Source: Azolla caroliniana (lineage: Eukaryota > Plantae > Polypodiophyta). Taken from it: 64,000 nt of DNA. The stretch's first letter is position 1; each line of letters opens with the position of its first letter. Below the pieces are notes generated by a model. It had not been told where the DNA came from. It saw only the letters and a program-made list of their open reading frames with translations, and made no database searches. Shown piece after piece: positions 1-12,049 of the stretch. The stretch covers positions 4,650,001 to 4,714,000 of the forward strand of contig JBHGNT010000016.1 of assembly GCA_043228905.1 (NCBI GenBank), written 5' to 3'. Made by a program: the position numbers and the translations under genes.

Positions 1-2576
1 CATGCTTGCCTCTACTCCCAATACCGTCCAGATGGATTTCATTTTTACTACCGGGGCAAAGATGTCATCGAAGTCCACGCCTTTCTTTTGTTGGAAGCCC
101 TTCACCATGATTCGGGCCTTATACATTGGTGGATTTCCGGCATCTCCCAGTTTCAGCTTGAAAACCCACTTGTTCCAGAGTGCTCTCTTCCCTTTCAGCA
201 ACTACGTTAGTTCATACGTGTGGTTCTCATGCAGGGAATCCATCTCATCCTGCATGGCATTCAACCACTTGCAACTGTGCGTGTCTCTCTTTGCTTCTTT
301 GAAGCTTTCTGACTCCCCCTCATTGGTTCGCAACACATGTTGTACATCCGGAAATCTTCGAGGGGCTCTTCTCTCTCAGAGAGGATATCTCTGTCCTTGG
401 TTTCTAACTACCAGTTCCTTCGTTTGTTCCTCATCCAAGTCCGATTCGGGATCTTGTCCGGTTCCTGTGTCTTCTTCTTCTTCTTCTTTGGTCGGTTTGT
501 TTTCTTGTCCGTATCCGGCCGGTTCGTCGAGTGTCATCCGGTTACCGGCTAACATCCGGTTTTCAATTGGGTAAGTCCTTGTGTCCTCAAGCTGGTTTTC
601 ACTCGATGACCCGGAGTTCATCACCTTCGTCTCCGACTCCCAATCGGCAATGGTCCTGTCTTCCATTAAGACTATGTCTCGACTCTAGAACACCTTCTTG
701 TCGACTAGATCCGACACCCGGTAACCGAACTCATCATTGCCGTATCCAAGGAATATGCATGGCCTGGACTTCGGGATCCAGCTTTGCTCTTTTGTCCTTT
801 GCTACATGCACATATCTGAGACACCCGAACACCTTCAGATGCCGGTAACACACATCCTTTCCGGTCCATACTTTTTGCGGTGTGTCTCCGTCAAAGGGGA
901 CTGAGGGTGATATGTTTATCACATAGGTTGCCGTCGTCAACGCCTCAACCCAAAACTGCTTGGGTAATTTTGCATGTGCCAGCATGCTCCGAACACTCTC
1001 CATCACGGTCCGGTTCATCCGTTCGGCCAGCCCGTTCAATTCTGACGTCTTCGGCACGGTGAATTCAAGCCGAATTCCCTTCGACCGACAGTACACCTGG
1101 AGCTGCCCTCGGTATTCTCCTCCGTTGTCCGCTCGAACCACCTTCAGCTTCTAGCCGGTTTCTCTTTCCACTCTCGCATGGAGCTCCTTGAAGACGGATA
1201 GCACATGATCCTTCGTCTTCAACGGTGAGACCCAAAACTGCCGGTTGTAGTCATCTATGAACGTCACGAAGTACTGGGATGCGGCATGTGACTTCATGTC
1301 CACTTGACACACATCGGTATGCACCAACTCCAGTGGTGCATTCCGTCTCATCGGTGGTCTTGACCAGAAGGAGGTTCGGTTTTTCTTGCCGGCAAGACAA
1401 TCGGTGCACTTCTAAAGTTGCACGTCCTTCACCGGAATGTGATTGTCTTTGACAAGTCTCTTCAATCCCTTCTCACTCATGTGACACAGTCTTTTGTGCC
1501 ACAGCTCACCGGCAATGTCAGATGCGACGTTCACTTCTTCCCGGCATATCCGGGCATGCATCAGATACAACGTGTTGACCTTCTGGGCTTGAGCCACTAT
1601 TAGGCTCCCTTTGCTGATGGAACGATGGAACGATGCTCTGGAATCAACAACCCACGTTGTCTCGTCGCCGACAAGGTTTAACTCATTCTCCTCAATAATG
1701 AGCATCCGTTCCTCTTCACTTGTCGCGATCGCCGACATTCCTTTCTGATCCGGGCCTCTCTGTCGAAACCATTTTGGTCCGAACTCTTCTTCAAATTAGT
1801 GGTGCCGGTTTCTTTCTCTTTTCGGAAATGCTGACAGTTCTTCTGGAAGTGCCCCGACTTCCCACAGTAGAAGCAAGTAGGCCTCCCCCTTGACTTCGAC
1901 CTCGTCCCCGAGTTGTCATGGTTTTGGGGACTCCGATACTAGCCTCTTCCCCGGTTGTGGTCATCTTCCGTGACCAAGGCCTTCAGATCGGTTCCGGACT
2001 CCCGGTCCTTCCGGCGAGCCTCTTCATCTTGCAAGCTTGATTTTACCCTTGCTAGGGACAACTACTTTCCTTCCGGCCCAGCGTTGCCCAACGTGACAAC
2101 TAGCATCCCCCAACTATCCGGGAGGGAACCGAGCAAGAATAATGCGAGTACCTCATCGGCAAGAGGTACTTCCAACAAGGTTGCCTGGTGAATCAGTCCC
2201 TAGAAGGCATTCATGTGCTCCGCCATACGGGAGCCGTCCTGACCTACTGGAGCCTCACTAGCTTCCGGAACACCGAAACCCGATTAACAACATTCTTGTT
2301 TTGGAACATAATGTCGATCTTCTCCCAGAGTTCATGAGCCTTACTTTCTTCATTGAAGTTGTTGTATAGGCTCATGTCGATGAAGCACCGGATGTATGCC
2401 ATCGTCTTCATGTGCATCACCTCCCACACTGTGGCGTCATTCTTATCCGGTCTCTTGTCCCCGAACTGAACTGGCAACCAAAGATCTTTAACAACCAGCA
2501 TATCTTTCATCTTCGACTTCCACACTCAGTAGTTGGAGTCGGTGAGCTTGAACATGCCGCCGAATGATTCTTCCAT
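1..2576 (-). pseudogene. copia gag-pol of element A, multiple stops/frameshifts
   Basis: ATG at 2576 (MEESFGGMFKLTDSNY*). ORF pieces 2244-2525, 1412-1738, 1151-1351, 734-1141 and 376-666 align in order to the element I polyprotein. Confidence 0.9.
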
Positions 2577-2605
2577 TTCCTGTGTTGTTGGTTCTGATAC
2601 CAGTT

Positions 2606-3182
2606 TGTAGAGAATAGCATGGAATATAGCTCGGTCACAACCGAGTCTTGAACACTTCAATGAGAATCAAACACAGAAATGGGAAGTAGGGAGTGAACGC
2701 ACATACACACATGAGTCGCTAGAGGGGACATAGGATGTTTACATGGAAAACCCTAATAGGGAAAAACCACGAGAGCCCACAGGCTCCAAACTATCACTAT
2801 ATGAGAAAGGTTCAATCAGAGACTCGGATGCAACCAGCTCGAGCTCTGTTTCTTCGCCAAGCGGCGGTTACAACAGAAACTATTATGTATCTCGCTCTCT
2901 CACTCTCTTCCTCTCTCTCTATATCACTGTTATACACATACTACAATATGACTACAACACCTTACATAAAGTGATTGCCCTAACTCATATTTATACTTAT
3001 ATGAACTTAGGGCTATTTACAAATATAGCCTCAATAGGCTTATTCAAAACATATTTACAAATATGTCTTCTCTTCCGGTTCTCACCGGGTCCATCCGATC
3101 TGGTTTCCGGATCTCTTAAGGTTCTCATCGGGTCCTCTTCATCCATAACCGGATCCCATCTGGAGGGACCGATTTCCCAACA
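2606..3182 (-). repeat. 5' LTR of copia A
   Basis: Starts TGTAG, ends CCCAACA. Adjacent tRNA-iMet PBS. End resembles the element I LTR end (GGAGGGACCGAT..CCCAACA). Confidence 0.88.
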
Positions 3183-3970
3183 CATATCGGTTTCGAATAG
3201 TCACTTTATTCAAGCCCCGATAATCCATGACCATATGAAACGAACCATCTTTCTTCTTAACGAAAAAGATGGGTGCACCAGCAAGAGATCTTAAATGTTG
3301 GATAAAACCATTTGCTAGGTTCTTATCAATATATTCTCAAAGAACCTTTGTTGAGCGAGGAAGCTCAACCTGATCTAGATTGGTTGAGTAAACCAAAGCC
3401 GGATTGATATTCGAAAAGGAGAGCCGAAGCAGGATCGGTGTCCAGATCTGAGTGTAACCGTAGGCCGTTAGAGGCCTATGATCCTAGCCTAGTATGTAGG
3501 CATATTTTTAGGAGTTAGTGTTATTTTCTTGGTATGACCATTGAAGTACATGTCAGTATTTCTGTCAGTCCTTTTAAGGACTTGTATGAAAGTGCTCACT
3601 TAACAAATTGTATGTATAGAATAGAGTATTCAGTTTATTTTGAAATATGTAGGGAAGTTAGAACATAATGGAATGGATTGACAACAGAGAAAGAGAGAGA
3701 TATTTTGGGTAAATGTAGACCAAGGTAGATATTATATGAAGACTGGTGTATTACAAGGTAAGAACCTACAGTAACAACTCCAAATGTAGTATCGCACACA
3801 CTAAACTAAACAATACTTCATACATATACATATATATACATAGAAGTAACGACTAGCCGTTACTTTTTTGTAACTGTTGTTTTGTCTTTTTCTTATTGTT
3901 CTTGTAACTGATATTTTGTCTTTATCCTCATAACTAATGTTTTATCATTTGTGGTGTAAGCAGGTAATCT

Positions 3971-4355
3971 TAACACCCCCCCCTTAGTTGTGACACCACC
4001 AACTCATCTATTTGGATGAATACTTAATCCAATATGGTGGTAGCAACTCCAATGTTTTGCATTGGGTACTGGTTTGGTAAGAAAATGAGCCCACATAGCT
4101 TGTGTTGAAGTATGTCCAATGATTCTTCAATTATTGGTTGTCACACCATAACTCGAATTCAGACATTTTGAGGATGGCTAGTTCATCAATGATGGACTTC
4201 AACCATAATCCCTCCTTGGTAGTGAGAGTAGCTGCTATGTATTCTGATTCAGTGGAAGAGAGGGTGATGATAGCTTGTTTCTTTGTTCGCCATGAAATGG
4301 CACCACCTGCAAATAGGAATACATAGCCAGAGGTGGATCGAGAGGTACGACGCAT
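3971..4355 (-). pseudogene. copia RNase H fragment with PPT and start of a 3' LTR
   Basis: RSTSGYVFLFAGGAISWRTKKQ..LSSTESEY..CDNQ. Minus-strand PPT AAGGGGGGGG directly before TGTTA at 3975. Far LTR end not determined. Confidence 0.8.
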
Positions 4356-4919
4356 GCGTATGTGGATTATGAAAACATAGCGAAAAATAGAACTAACTAA
4401 TATGACGTCAACAAAATCATCCGACGTATATTCTATCTACCATGTTTTTGTCCAAATCTTAGATAGGGGTATGTTCGTCAACGCAAGTATAATAGTAACA
4501 CGAGTCCTTGTGCATATTCTAAAACGCATACCCCACTGAATAAGTGACTTCTTCTAATTATGTGTGTATATTTATATATAATATATCTTAAAGCAAATTG
4601 TGAACCTTGCAATTAAGAGATACTACTATGTCAAGAGAAATTTTCCATTGACACGTGATACATGACATCGTCAATGTATAAATAAACTAGTCTACAATAA
4701 CATTCCAATCATACGAGTAAATGATAGACTATAATTTTATCTCCCATATACCCCAAACGATAAAGGAGACTGTAGACAACATGTACACATACAAATTATA
4801 CTTAATCTCTAAGTTCAATGAGTGTTACACGAAAATTATAAATAAGCTCAACTTATATATTACGTCAAAATTTAACAATTCATATTGTTCAAATTTTACA
4901 ATAAGCCATATCCATTCAA

Positions 4920-5290
4920 TCGAATAATAAGTCTGGTAAAACCTTCTCTTCAAGTTCAGCTCTTTCATTAGGATTGACCTCATTGGCTTCATCGGTACGC
5001 TAAGTTGAATCGTTAGTATGTTCGAACTCTGACACATCTTCTAATTCAACAACGTCCCCTGCTTCTTCATGTATAGGTTTCGTAGGTTCTCTAGAAGTCA
5101 TCTAGAACATCTAAGTTTCATTGATATGCTTTGCCCCAACTTCTTGGTCTTGATCAGGACAGTCCCAGATACCTTGGATCCTCATTTTGATGAAACTAAC
5201 CTGCTCAGGGTCCTTCTCTAATGCAACAGAGTTCCTGAACATTTTTAAGGCGCATGTTGTAGTAGTACATGACAGTAGAATGAAATTGCA
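4920..5290 (-). pseudogene. possible hAT-type transposase C-terminal remnant
   Basis: Minus-strand translation VMYYYNMRLK resembles the hAT dimerisation-domain end (LVYVHYNLRL), followed by an acidic tail (EEAGDVVELEDVSEFE..ERAELEEKVLPD). Short, broken match only. Confidence 0.25.
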
Positions 5291-5389
5291 CATGTAACAT
5301 CAAACTGAAGAATAGACTATAACGTTACACTAAATTGATGTGACAAGTTTTATATACTTGTGTCGGAAAACAAATCTAAAACCCATTGA

Positions 5390-6960
5390 AAATTGGAAAA
5401 AATAAAAAATCTTGGATTTTCAACTGGAATCCAATGCAATGCACTGGTGGATTCCAGTTGAAAATCCAAGTTTTTTTAAAATTTTGTAACTTTTTAAATT
5501 TTTTCCATAAAAAAATAAAAAATGGATTTTCAGCTAAACTACGATGCACTACATTGTATTTTAGTCTATACACCTAGAATCCAATGCAATGCATTGGATT
5601 AAAGTAAAAAATCCATTTTTCTTTTTTCTTTGTTCAATGTATTTTTATTTATTTATTTATATATTTTTTCCATATATTTCAACTAAAATCCTATGCACTA
5701 CATTAGATTGTAGTCTATATAGCTAGACATCAATGTAGTGCATTAGATTTTAGCTGACAATCCTTTTTCTTTTCAATTGTTTCTCATTTTTTGGACAAAT
5801 AAATAAAAATATTTAAAAAATGGATTTCCAACTGAAATCTAATACACTGCATCGGATTGCAATTGAAAAAAATAAAAGAAAAAATATTGGACTTTTAACG
5901 AAAATCTGATGTAGTACATCAGATTTTCGTTGAAAAGCCCATATCAAATGCACCAAATCGGATTTCTGTTGAAAATACATCATTTTAAATGACCAAAATC
6001 CATAATTTTTTTATTTTAAACATTTTTTATGGAAAAAATAAAACAAAATTAGAAAATTTCAAAACAAATAACACAACATGGATTTTCAACTGAAATCCAA
6101 TGCACTGCATTGGATTTCCATTGAAAATCCATTTTTTCAATGTTTATTTATTTATTTATGGGAAAAATAAAACAATTCAAACAAAATTCAAAAAATAAGA
6201 AATAAGAGAAAGTGTCCTTTCTACTGAAATCTGATGCAGTGCATTGGTTTCCCATTAAAAGTCCATGTTTTCAATTTTTATATTTTTATTTATGGGAAAA
6301 ATCAAACAATTCAAAATAATTACAACAAAATTAGAAAATTCGGAAAAAAATAAGAAAAAGTGAACTTTCAACCGAAATTGGATGCAATGCATTGGATTTC
6401 CATTGAAAATACATTTTTTAAATTTTTATTTATTTATTTATGGGAAAAATAAAAATATTAAAAAAAATTACAATAAAATTCAAAACAAATTTAAGAAATA
6501 AAAAATTTTGGAAAAAAATAAGAAAACGTTGATTTTCAACTGAAAACTGATGCACTACATCGGATTTCCATTGAAAATACAGTTTTTCATTATTTATTTA
6601 TTTATGGAAAAAACAAAAAACATTTAAAAAAATTGCAAAAAATAAGAAAATTCGGAAACAAATAAGAAAAAGTGAACTTTCAACTAAAATCCAATGCAAT
6701 GTATCAGATTTCTATTGAAAATCCATTTTAAGTTTTTTTAAATTTTTTTATAGATATTTTGAAAGTGGATTTTCAACTGAAATCCATTGTAGTGTATCAT
6801 ATTTTAGTCTATATAGCTAGATGTCGATGCAATGCATTATGTCTCACTTGCAAATGGATTTAAAATAAATAAATTCTAAGACTTACAACAGGAATCTGAT
6901 GCACTACATCCAATTCTAGATGTACAGAGTAAAATTCGACATCGTGCATCAGATCTAGAT
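5390..6960. repeat. array of about 13 imperfect ~50-bp palindromes with related A/T-rich spacers (foldback/satellite-like)
   Basis: Consensus GGATTTTCAACTGAAATCCAATGCA-N-TGCATTGGATTTCCATTGAAAATCC near 5411, 5521, 5675, 5821, 5888, 5945, 6078, 6212, 6360, 6528, 6671, 6764 and 6880. Period about 135-170 bp in 6078-6730. Confidence 0.9.
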
Positions 6961-7219
6961 GGAATGGATCTGATTTTTGTTTGACATCAAAGGCTTACTA
7001 TGACAATCTACGAAAAGCGAAAAAACATCTTTACGACATATTTTAATGATTTTGGTAGAAGGTTTCTCTCACATAATCAAATATCGTAAATAGAAAGTAC
7101 ATAATTAAATATCATAACCAAAAAATGAAGAAGAAAGAATGCATTTAGCACATCTACTCTTACATTGGATAATGTTTATATACTAGTGTATGACTTATCT
7201 TTGACCAAAAAAAGTTATT

Positions 7220-7374
7220 TGCGACAGACCACAATGAAGATACTAAATGAGGATCTCGAATGTGGCTTCAGACACAACACAAAGACAATGTTAGGATCAG
7301 TACTAAGACAGAGAAGGAATTAGTACTAAAAGATGAGGATTAGTACTAAGAGAGGTGTAGAACTCTCGAGAGAA

Positions 7375-7433
<59 letters not shown>

Positions 7434-7718
7434 GTGAGAGAATGATGATAAAAGATATATATTATGTGAAGAGAGTATACAAGCTTCCTTTTATAGTGTT
7501 CTCAGTAATACTCCTGAAGTTTCTAGAATGTTCTAGAGAAATTTGGAATATACATCAATTTTCTATAATAAAACTAAATGAAAATAATATTCTACATATT
7601 ACAATGTGTGGTCTAATCGTCAAGAGCTCGACCCATGTAGCATAAGGTCATCGGTTCGAGTCTTGCCATATCATGACACTATTCCCCCTTTAAAACGACG
7701 AGTGCTACGAGTCGTTTT
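7220..7718 (-). mobile_element. 3' LTR plus PPT remnant of a gypsy (chromovirus-like) element
   Basis: Minus strand reads GACTCG..CGTCGTTTTAAAGGGGGAATAG|TGTCATGA (LTR edge 7678). TATA-like CTATAAAAGG on the minus strand near 7490. Probable far end TGCGAC at 7220. Confidence 0.55.
7379..7428. repeat. (AG)n microsatellite
   Basis: About 25 uninterrupted AG units. Confidence 0.98.
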
Positions 7719-8236
7719 GTATGGACACATGCATGTGTACAAGAATGCATAACAATCTTATTTATAACGGTCATGTAACCGTTACATTGGATGTATTACA
7801 TAAACCCCCTATGGGGTATGTAATGAATAACTTTTTCCCTCTCATTTTGGTGTCATTCTTATTTTCACTATCCCCTTCTCTCTCTCTATCGTAACCCCCT
7901 TAGGAGGGGGGTGAAGCGATATTCTTATTTTCACTCTCCCCTTCTCTCTCTCTATCATAACCCCCTTAGGAGAGGGGTATCTATGGCTTCACCCCCCTCC
8001 TAAGCGGGTTACGATAGAGAGAGATACCCTCCTCCTAAGGGGGTTACGATACAGAGAGAGAAGGGGAGAGTGAAAATAAGAATGACACCAAAATGAGACG
8101 GAAACAGTTATTCATTACATACCCCATAGGGGGTTTGTATAATTAATACATCCAATGTAACGGTTACATGATCGTTATAAATAAGACCATTATGCATTCT
8201 TGTACACATGCACATAGTTGTGCATGTGTCCATACA
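7718..8236. repeat. long inverted repeat / MITE-like foldback (~190-bp arms)
   Basis: 7718-~7910 is the reverse complement of ~8030-8236 (TGTATGGACACATGCA...TGCATGTGTCCATACA). Internal duplicated CCCCTTAGGAG subrepeats. No TSD seen. Confidence 0.88.
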
Positions 8237-8364
8237 CATACTTAATTTTACCTGCCACCAAAGCTTCAACTCTTTCTCGTGCAATTCGTCTTGCCGGCCC
8301 ATGTCCTTATTCAATCATTGTTCGACTTCTCTCATCATCTGGCACTCGTTCTCGATGTGCTCAT

Positions 8365-9003
8365 TGTTAGAAATATTGAGAATCGATTAGATAGGTATAT
8401 AGAGTTACAACTACAGAGATGGGATATATGAAAACAAAACTTCGATTACATATGAGAGTAGCTCACAATGGTAGTTTTCCCATGCACTCACACCTTAGAG
8501 CTTAGATAGGATATGGACCAGCTCACTACAAAATTAGTGGGGACTGATAATCAAGCCAACCATTGTGAAACGAAAGTGGATTGCTTTCTATGTTTGGTCT
8601 AAGTATAACATTAAATGTGCAAGTCAGTTAATAGTAGTGGAGATATTCCTTTTCTATCAACTGACTTGTCATTTAATATGACCAACTCCCTAGGTACAGG
8701 CTAGTGCTAGATAGTACTTATCTTGAAGTCAATGACGCACACTTCAAGACTAAGTACATCGTAACTTGCCCACAAAATATTCTAGTTGACTTGATTAGCC
8801 AATCCTATTACCTATTTCTCTCTTTCCTAAATACATTGTGTCCTATGCATCTACGGTTTCCTAGATTAACACCTTATCGACCCATATGGTCGAGTTGCAC
8901 ACTAGCCGCTCCTCATTTGGGGCGCTATCACAAAATGTGCACTCCAAGAGCACATATGGGGATAGATTTACAACTTGGGGCTGATCATTGATTATATCTA
9001 ACA
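8365..9003 (-). repeat. 3' LTR of copia B
   Basis: TGTTAG...CTAACA, direct repeat of 29555-30193. Confidence 0.97.
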
Positions 9004-10566
9004 CGCCCCCTCAATGATCAACCTATTGAGTTCACTTGGAATTGGGCCAACTCCTAGTCGTCGAAGGTGTTGTTGTAACTGTTCTGCTCCAAGCACCTTT
9101 GTGAAGATATACACAGCATTTTCTGATGTCGGACAATACTCAAGCTCCACAGTCTTATCATTTATTAGCTCCCACACATAGTGATATTGAATCTTTATGT
9201 GTTTAGTACGTGCATGAAATACGGGGTTCTTGGTAATGGCCATGCAACTCTGATTGTCACATCTCAATACTGTTGCGGTCCTTATTGGAAATGCCACATC
9301 CGTAAGGATTCTTCTTAGCCAAACTACCTCGCATGCCGCTATGCATGCTGCTTTGTATTCTGCCTCCGTTGAAGATAGTGCCACTCTTGGTTGTTTTTTA
9401 CTACTCCATGAAACAACTCCAGAACCTATTGAAAAACAATATCCAAAAACTGATTTTCTGGAATCACTATCTCCAGCCCAGTCGGAGTCGCAATACCCAC
9501 TAAGTTCGTCAATTGTTGGGTTGTAGAAGATTCCGTAATTTAAAGTACCCACAATGTACTTTAATACACGAAGAGTAGCTTTCCAATGAGTCTCCTTCGG
9601 CTTGTTGCTGAATCGACTCACCACACTGACTGCAAAACCAATATCCGGCCTAGTGTTGCATAGGAAAATTATGTCAACCATTGGTGATGGGTCTTCTTGG
9701 GATAGTTTGTAGTTTGACTCTATTGGAGTTGACTTCGACTTGTTGTCCATCATCCCAAAGGTCTTCAAGATCTTTGTTGCATACTTTCTTTGTGATATGA
9801 AGATGCCAACTAAAGTTTGCCAAACCTCAATTCCAAGGAAGTAGTGTAGAATCCCCAAGTTTGTCATTTCAAACACAGTTTTCAAACACTCTTGTGTTTG
9901 GCCAATGCACTCTTCATGGTCACCAGTAAGAACTAGGTCATCCACGTAAATGATGATGATGACTTGTTTCCCGTCCTTCATTTTGACATACATACTTGCA
10001 TCCGAAGCACATTGCTTAAAGTCGATTGATTGTAAGAAGTTTTCTATCCTCTTGTTCCAAGCTCTTGGTGCTTGCTTTAGACCATACAACGCCTTCTTCA
10101 GCTTGCATACTTTGTTTTCTGAATTCGGCATCTCAAACCCCGGTGGTTGTATCACGTATACCTCCTCCTTGAGATGCCCATTCAGAAATGCTGATTTGAC
10201 ATCCATTTGGTAAATCGGCCATCCTCTTGAAGCGGCCAACGCTATAACCATTCGAATTGTTGTCATGCGAGCTGTCGGGGCAAATGTTTCTTGTACATCG
10301 AACCCTTCAATTTGGGAGTATCCTTGGGCTACTAGCCTGGCCTTGAATTTCTCCAAAGAACCATCAACTTTATACTTTACTTTCCACACCCACTTCGTGC
10401 CTATCACCTTCTTCTTTGTTGGCCTCTCTACCAACTCCCATGTGTCATTTTCTATGATGTTATCGTATTCTGATATCATCGCCTCTTTCCACTTCGGGTT
10501 GACCATGGCTTCCTCCACCAAGGTCGGCTCACTCACTAAGCCGATGATGTCCACCATCAGAGCCAT
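8998..10566 (-). CDS. pol: copia reverse transcriptase + RNase H of element B (open fragment of a disrupted pol)
   Basis: [54 protein letters not shown]. Confidence 0.92.
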   Translation of the reverse strand: MALMVDIIGLVSEPTLVEEAMVNPKWKEAMISEYDNIIENDTWELVERPTKKKVIGTKWVWKVKYKVDGSLEKFKARLVAQGYSQIEGFDVQETFAPTARMTTIRMVIALAASRGWPIYQMDVKSAFLNGHLKEEVYVIQPPGFEMPNSENKVCKLKKALYGLKQAPRAWNKRIENFLQSIDFKQCASDASMYVKMKDGKQVIIIIYVDDLVLTGDHEECIGQTQECLKTVFEMTNLGILHYFLGIEVWQTLVGIFISQRKYATKILKTFGMMDNKSKSTPIESNYKLSQEDPSPMVDIIFLCNTRPDIGFAVSVVSRFSNKPKETHWKATLRVLKYIVGTLNYGIFYNPTIDELSGYCDSDWAGDSDSRKSVFGYCFSIGSGVVSWSSKKQPRVALSSTEAEYKAACIAACEVVWLRRILTDVAFPIRTATVLRCDNQSCMAITKNPVFHARTKHIKIQYHYVWELINDKTVELEYCPTSENAVYIFTKVLGAEQLQQHLRRLGVGPIPSELNRLIIEGAC

Positions 10567-11334
10567 GTTGACAATGTGGTCAGAGGTTCTCCCTTGCTCC
10601 TGTATTCTTCTTGATCTTTGTAAGCCATCAGTTCAAGTTTCAGGAAACTCAACTTTAGGAGTACGGTCATTGAAGAGTTGTTGAGCCCACTTAGGTATTT
10701 TCTTTACATGTGGGACTGGCATAGGCTAAATTAGTGATCCATTACCATCAGATGATTCAGCTTCCTTTTCTGGACAATGGGTTGGGATTGGGTAAAATAC
10801 CTCTTCAGTTGATGAGATAACTTGAGAATCGCTGTTCTCAGCTAGCTGAGGTTGTTCTTCATCAAACACCACATCGCGGCTTGTCAATATCTTTCTTGCC
10901 TCTTGATCGTAGAGTCGATAGGCCTTTGACTCTTCACTATATCCGAGAAAGATACACTTCTTGTTTTTAGCATCCAACTTCTTCCTGCTCACATCTGCAC
11001 ATGTGCGTAGCACGTACACCCAAAGGTTCTGAAGTGCAGCACTGAAGGTTTCTTGCCTGAATAAGCTTCGTGGGGTGTTTTCCCTTGAAGTGCCTTCGCG
11101 TAGCTCATATTGAGGATGTAAACTGTTGTATTCACTGCTTCAGCCCAGAATGGGTCAGGCAACGCTTGTGCCTTCAACATACACCTAGCCATCTCGACAA
11201 ATGTTCGGTTTCGACGTTTGACAACACCATTTTGTTGTGGTGTGTAGGTAGTTGTAAGTTGGCGCTTAATTCCATGCTCTTTGCAATACTCACAAAATTC
11301 TATTGATAAGAATTCTCCACCTCGATCAGAGTGT
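10567..11334 (-). pseudogene. copia B integrase C-terminal part (frameshifted)
   Basis: SDRGGEF, FWAEAVNT, KLDAKNKKCIFLGY, SRDVVFDE. Joins 27725 across the C insertion. Confidence 0.9.
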
Positions 11335-11981
11335 TGTCGCGTTACTACGCGCGTGCGTGGAGAAACGAGGCGGGACCACCGGGGTCTTGGACCGAAGAGC
11401 AGGTGATAGAAGGGGAATGAGAGAGAGACGCCCTGTCACGTATGGGTAAGAAACACAGGTGCACGACCCCTCAACACAGAAGACGCGAATGGACACAGAG
11501 ACAGGGAGACACAAGTGTTTGTATATTAACGAGTATCAAATACACAACAGAGCACGCGAGCGGCTACAACCGAGCAGGCCGGCGAACAGATGTCGATGCC
11601 TGCTCGTCTGCGCACGAAAAGGGGGGAAAGGGTGGAGGTGCTGCTGGAAGCACACGGGCGTTCCTCGAAGCAGCGCGAGGCTCCCGAAAACCCTGCAGAG
11701 AAGAGTGATAGAGAACGAATCTGAGGAGAAGCGTCCGGTTCCGGTCCGACAACACTTCGTCCTCCTTAATGCCCGATACCTTCTCCCTGCGTCTCCCTCT
11801 CCTTTATAGCTTCAAGAAGGGAGCCATCTCCCTCATTTACTCCCCACCTACCGAATCTAACTGCCCGGATATGCCTTTGTACTTAATCCCTTAGTATATA
11901 CATTAAGGGCGCGCACACGTGAAGAGCCGGTTCACGCGTGCTATGCACCGATTGCGCCAAGGGACGGTTTTCTTCACGATA
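11335..11981 (-). repeat. 3' LTR of gypsy C
   Basis: Direct repeat of 27106-27720. Right terminal CA mutated to TA. Confidence 0.95.
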
Positions 11982-12049
11982 TCCGCCCCCACCTAACCGT
12001 GCATCCACCGGTATGCGCCAAAATTGGGTTCTGGTTGGAGAAAACCGGC

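Larger units (their letters stand above)
1..3182 (-). mobile_element. Ty1/copia LTR retrotransposon A (Tnt1/Tork-like), degenerate, 3' part outside window
   Basis: Fragmented gag (MWKSKMKDML), protease (WVVDSRASFH), integrase (ELVHTDVC, ADNGGEY) and RT start on the minus strand, homologous to intact element I. 5' LTR 2606-3182 (TG...CA). PBS TGGTATCAGAACC at 2602-2590. Confidence 0.93.

Noticed and set aside
3183-3970. LTR boundaries of the small copia remnant
   Set aside because: One end (3975) is clear, but there is no partner LTR or TSD to fix the other.
5390-6960. CRISPR array
   Set aside because: Spacers are homologous A/T-rich sequences rather than unique, repeats are degenerate, there are no cas genes, and the context is eukaryotic.
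7606-7668. functional tRNA gene
   Set aside because: A/B boxes are present but acceptor and anticodon stems do not pair.
8704-8991. duplicated 95-aa ORF (also 29894-30181)
   Set aside because: Duplicated only because it lies in the B LTRs. No coding evidence.
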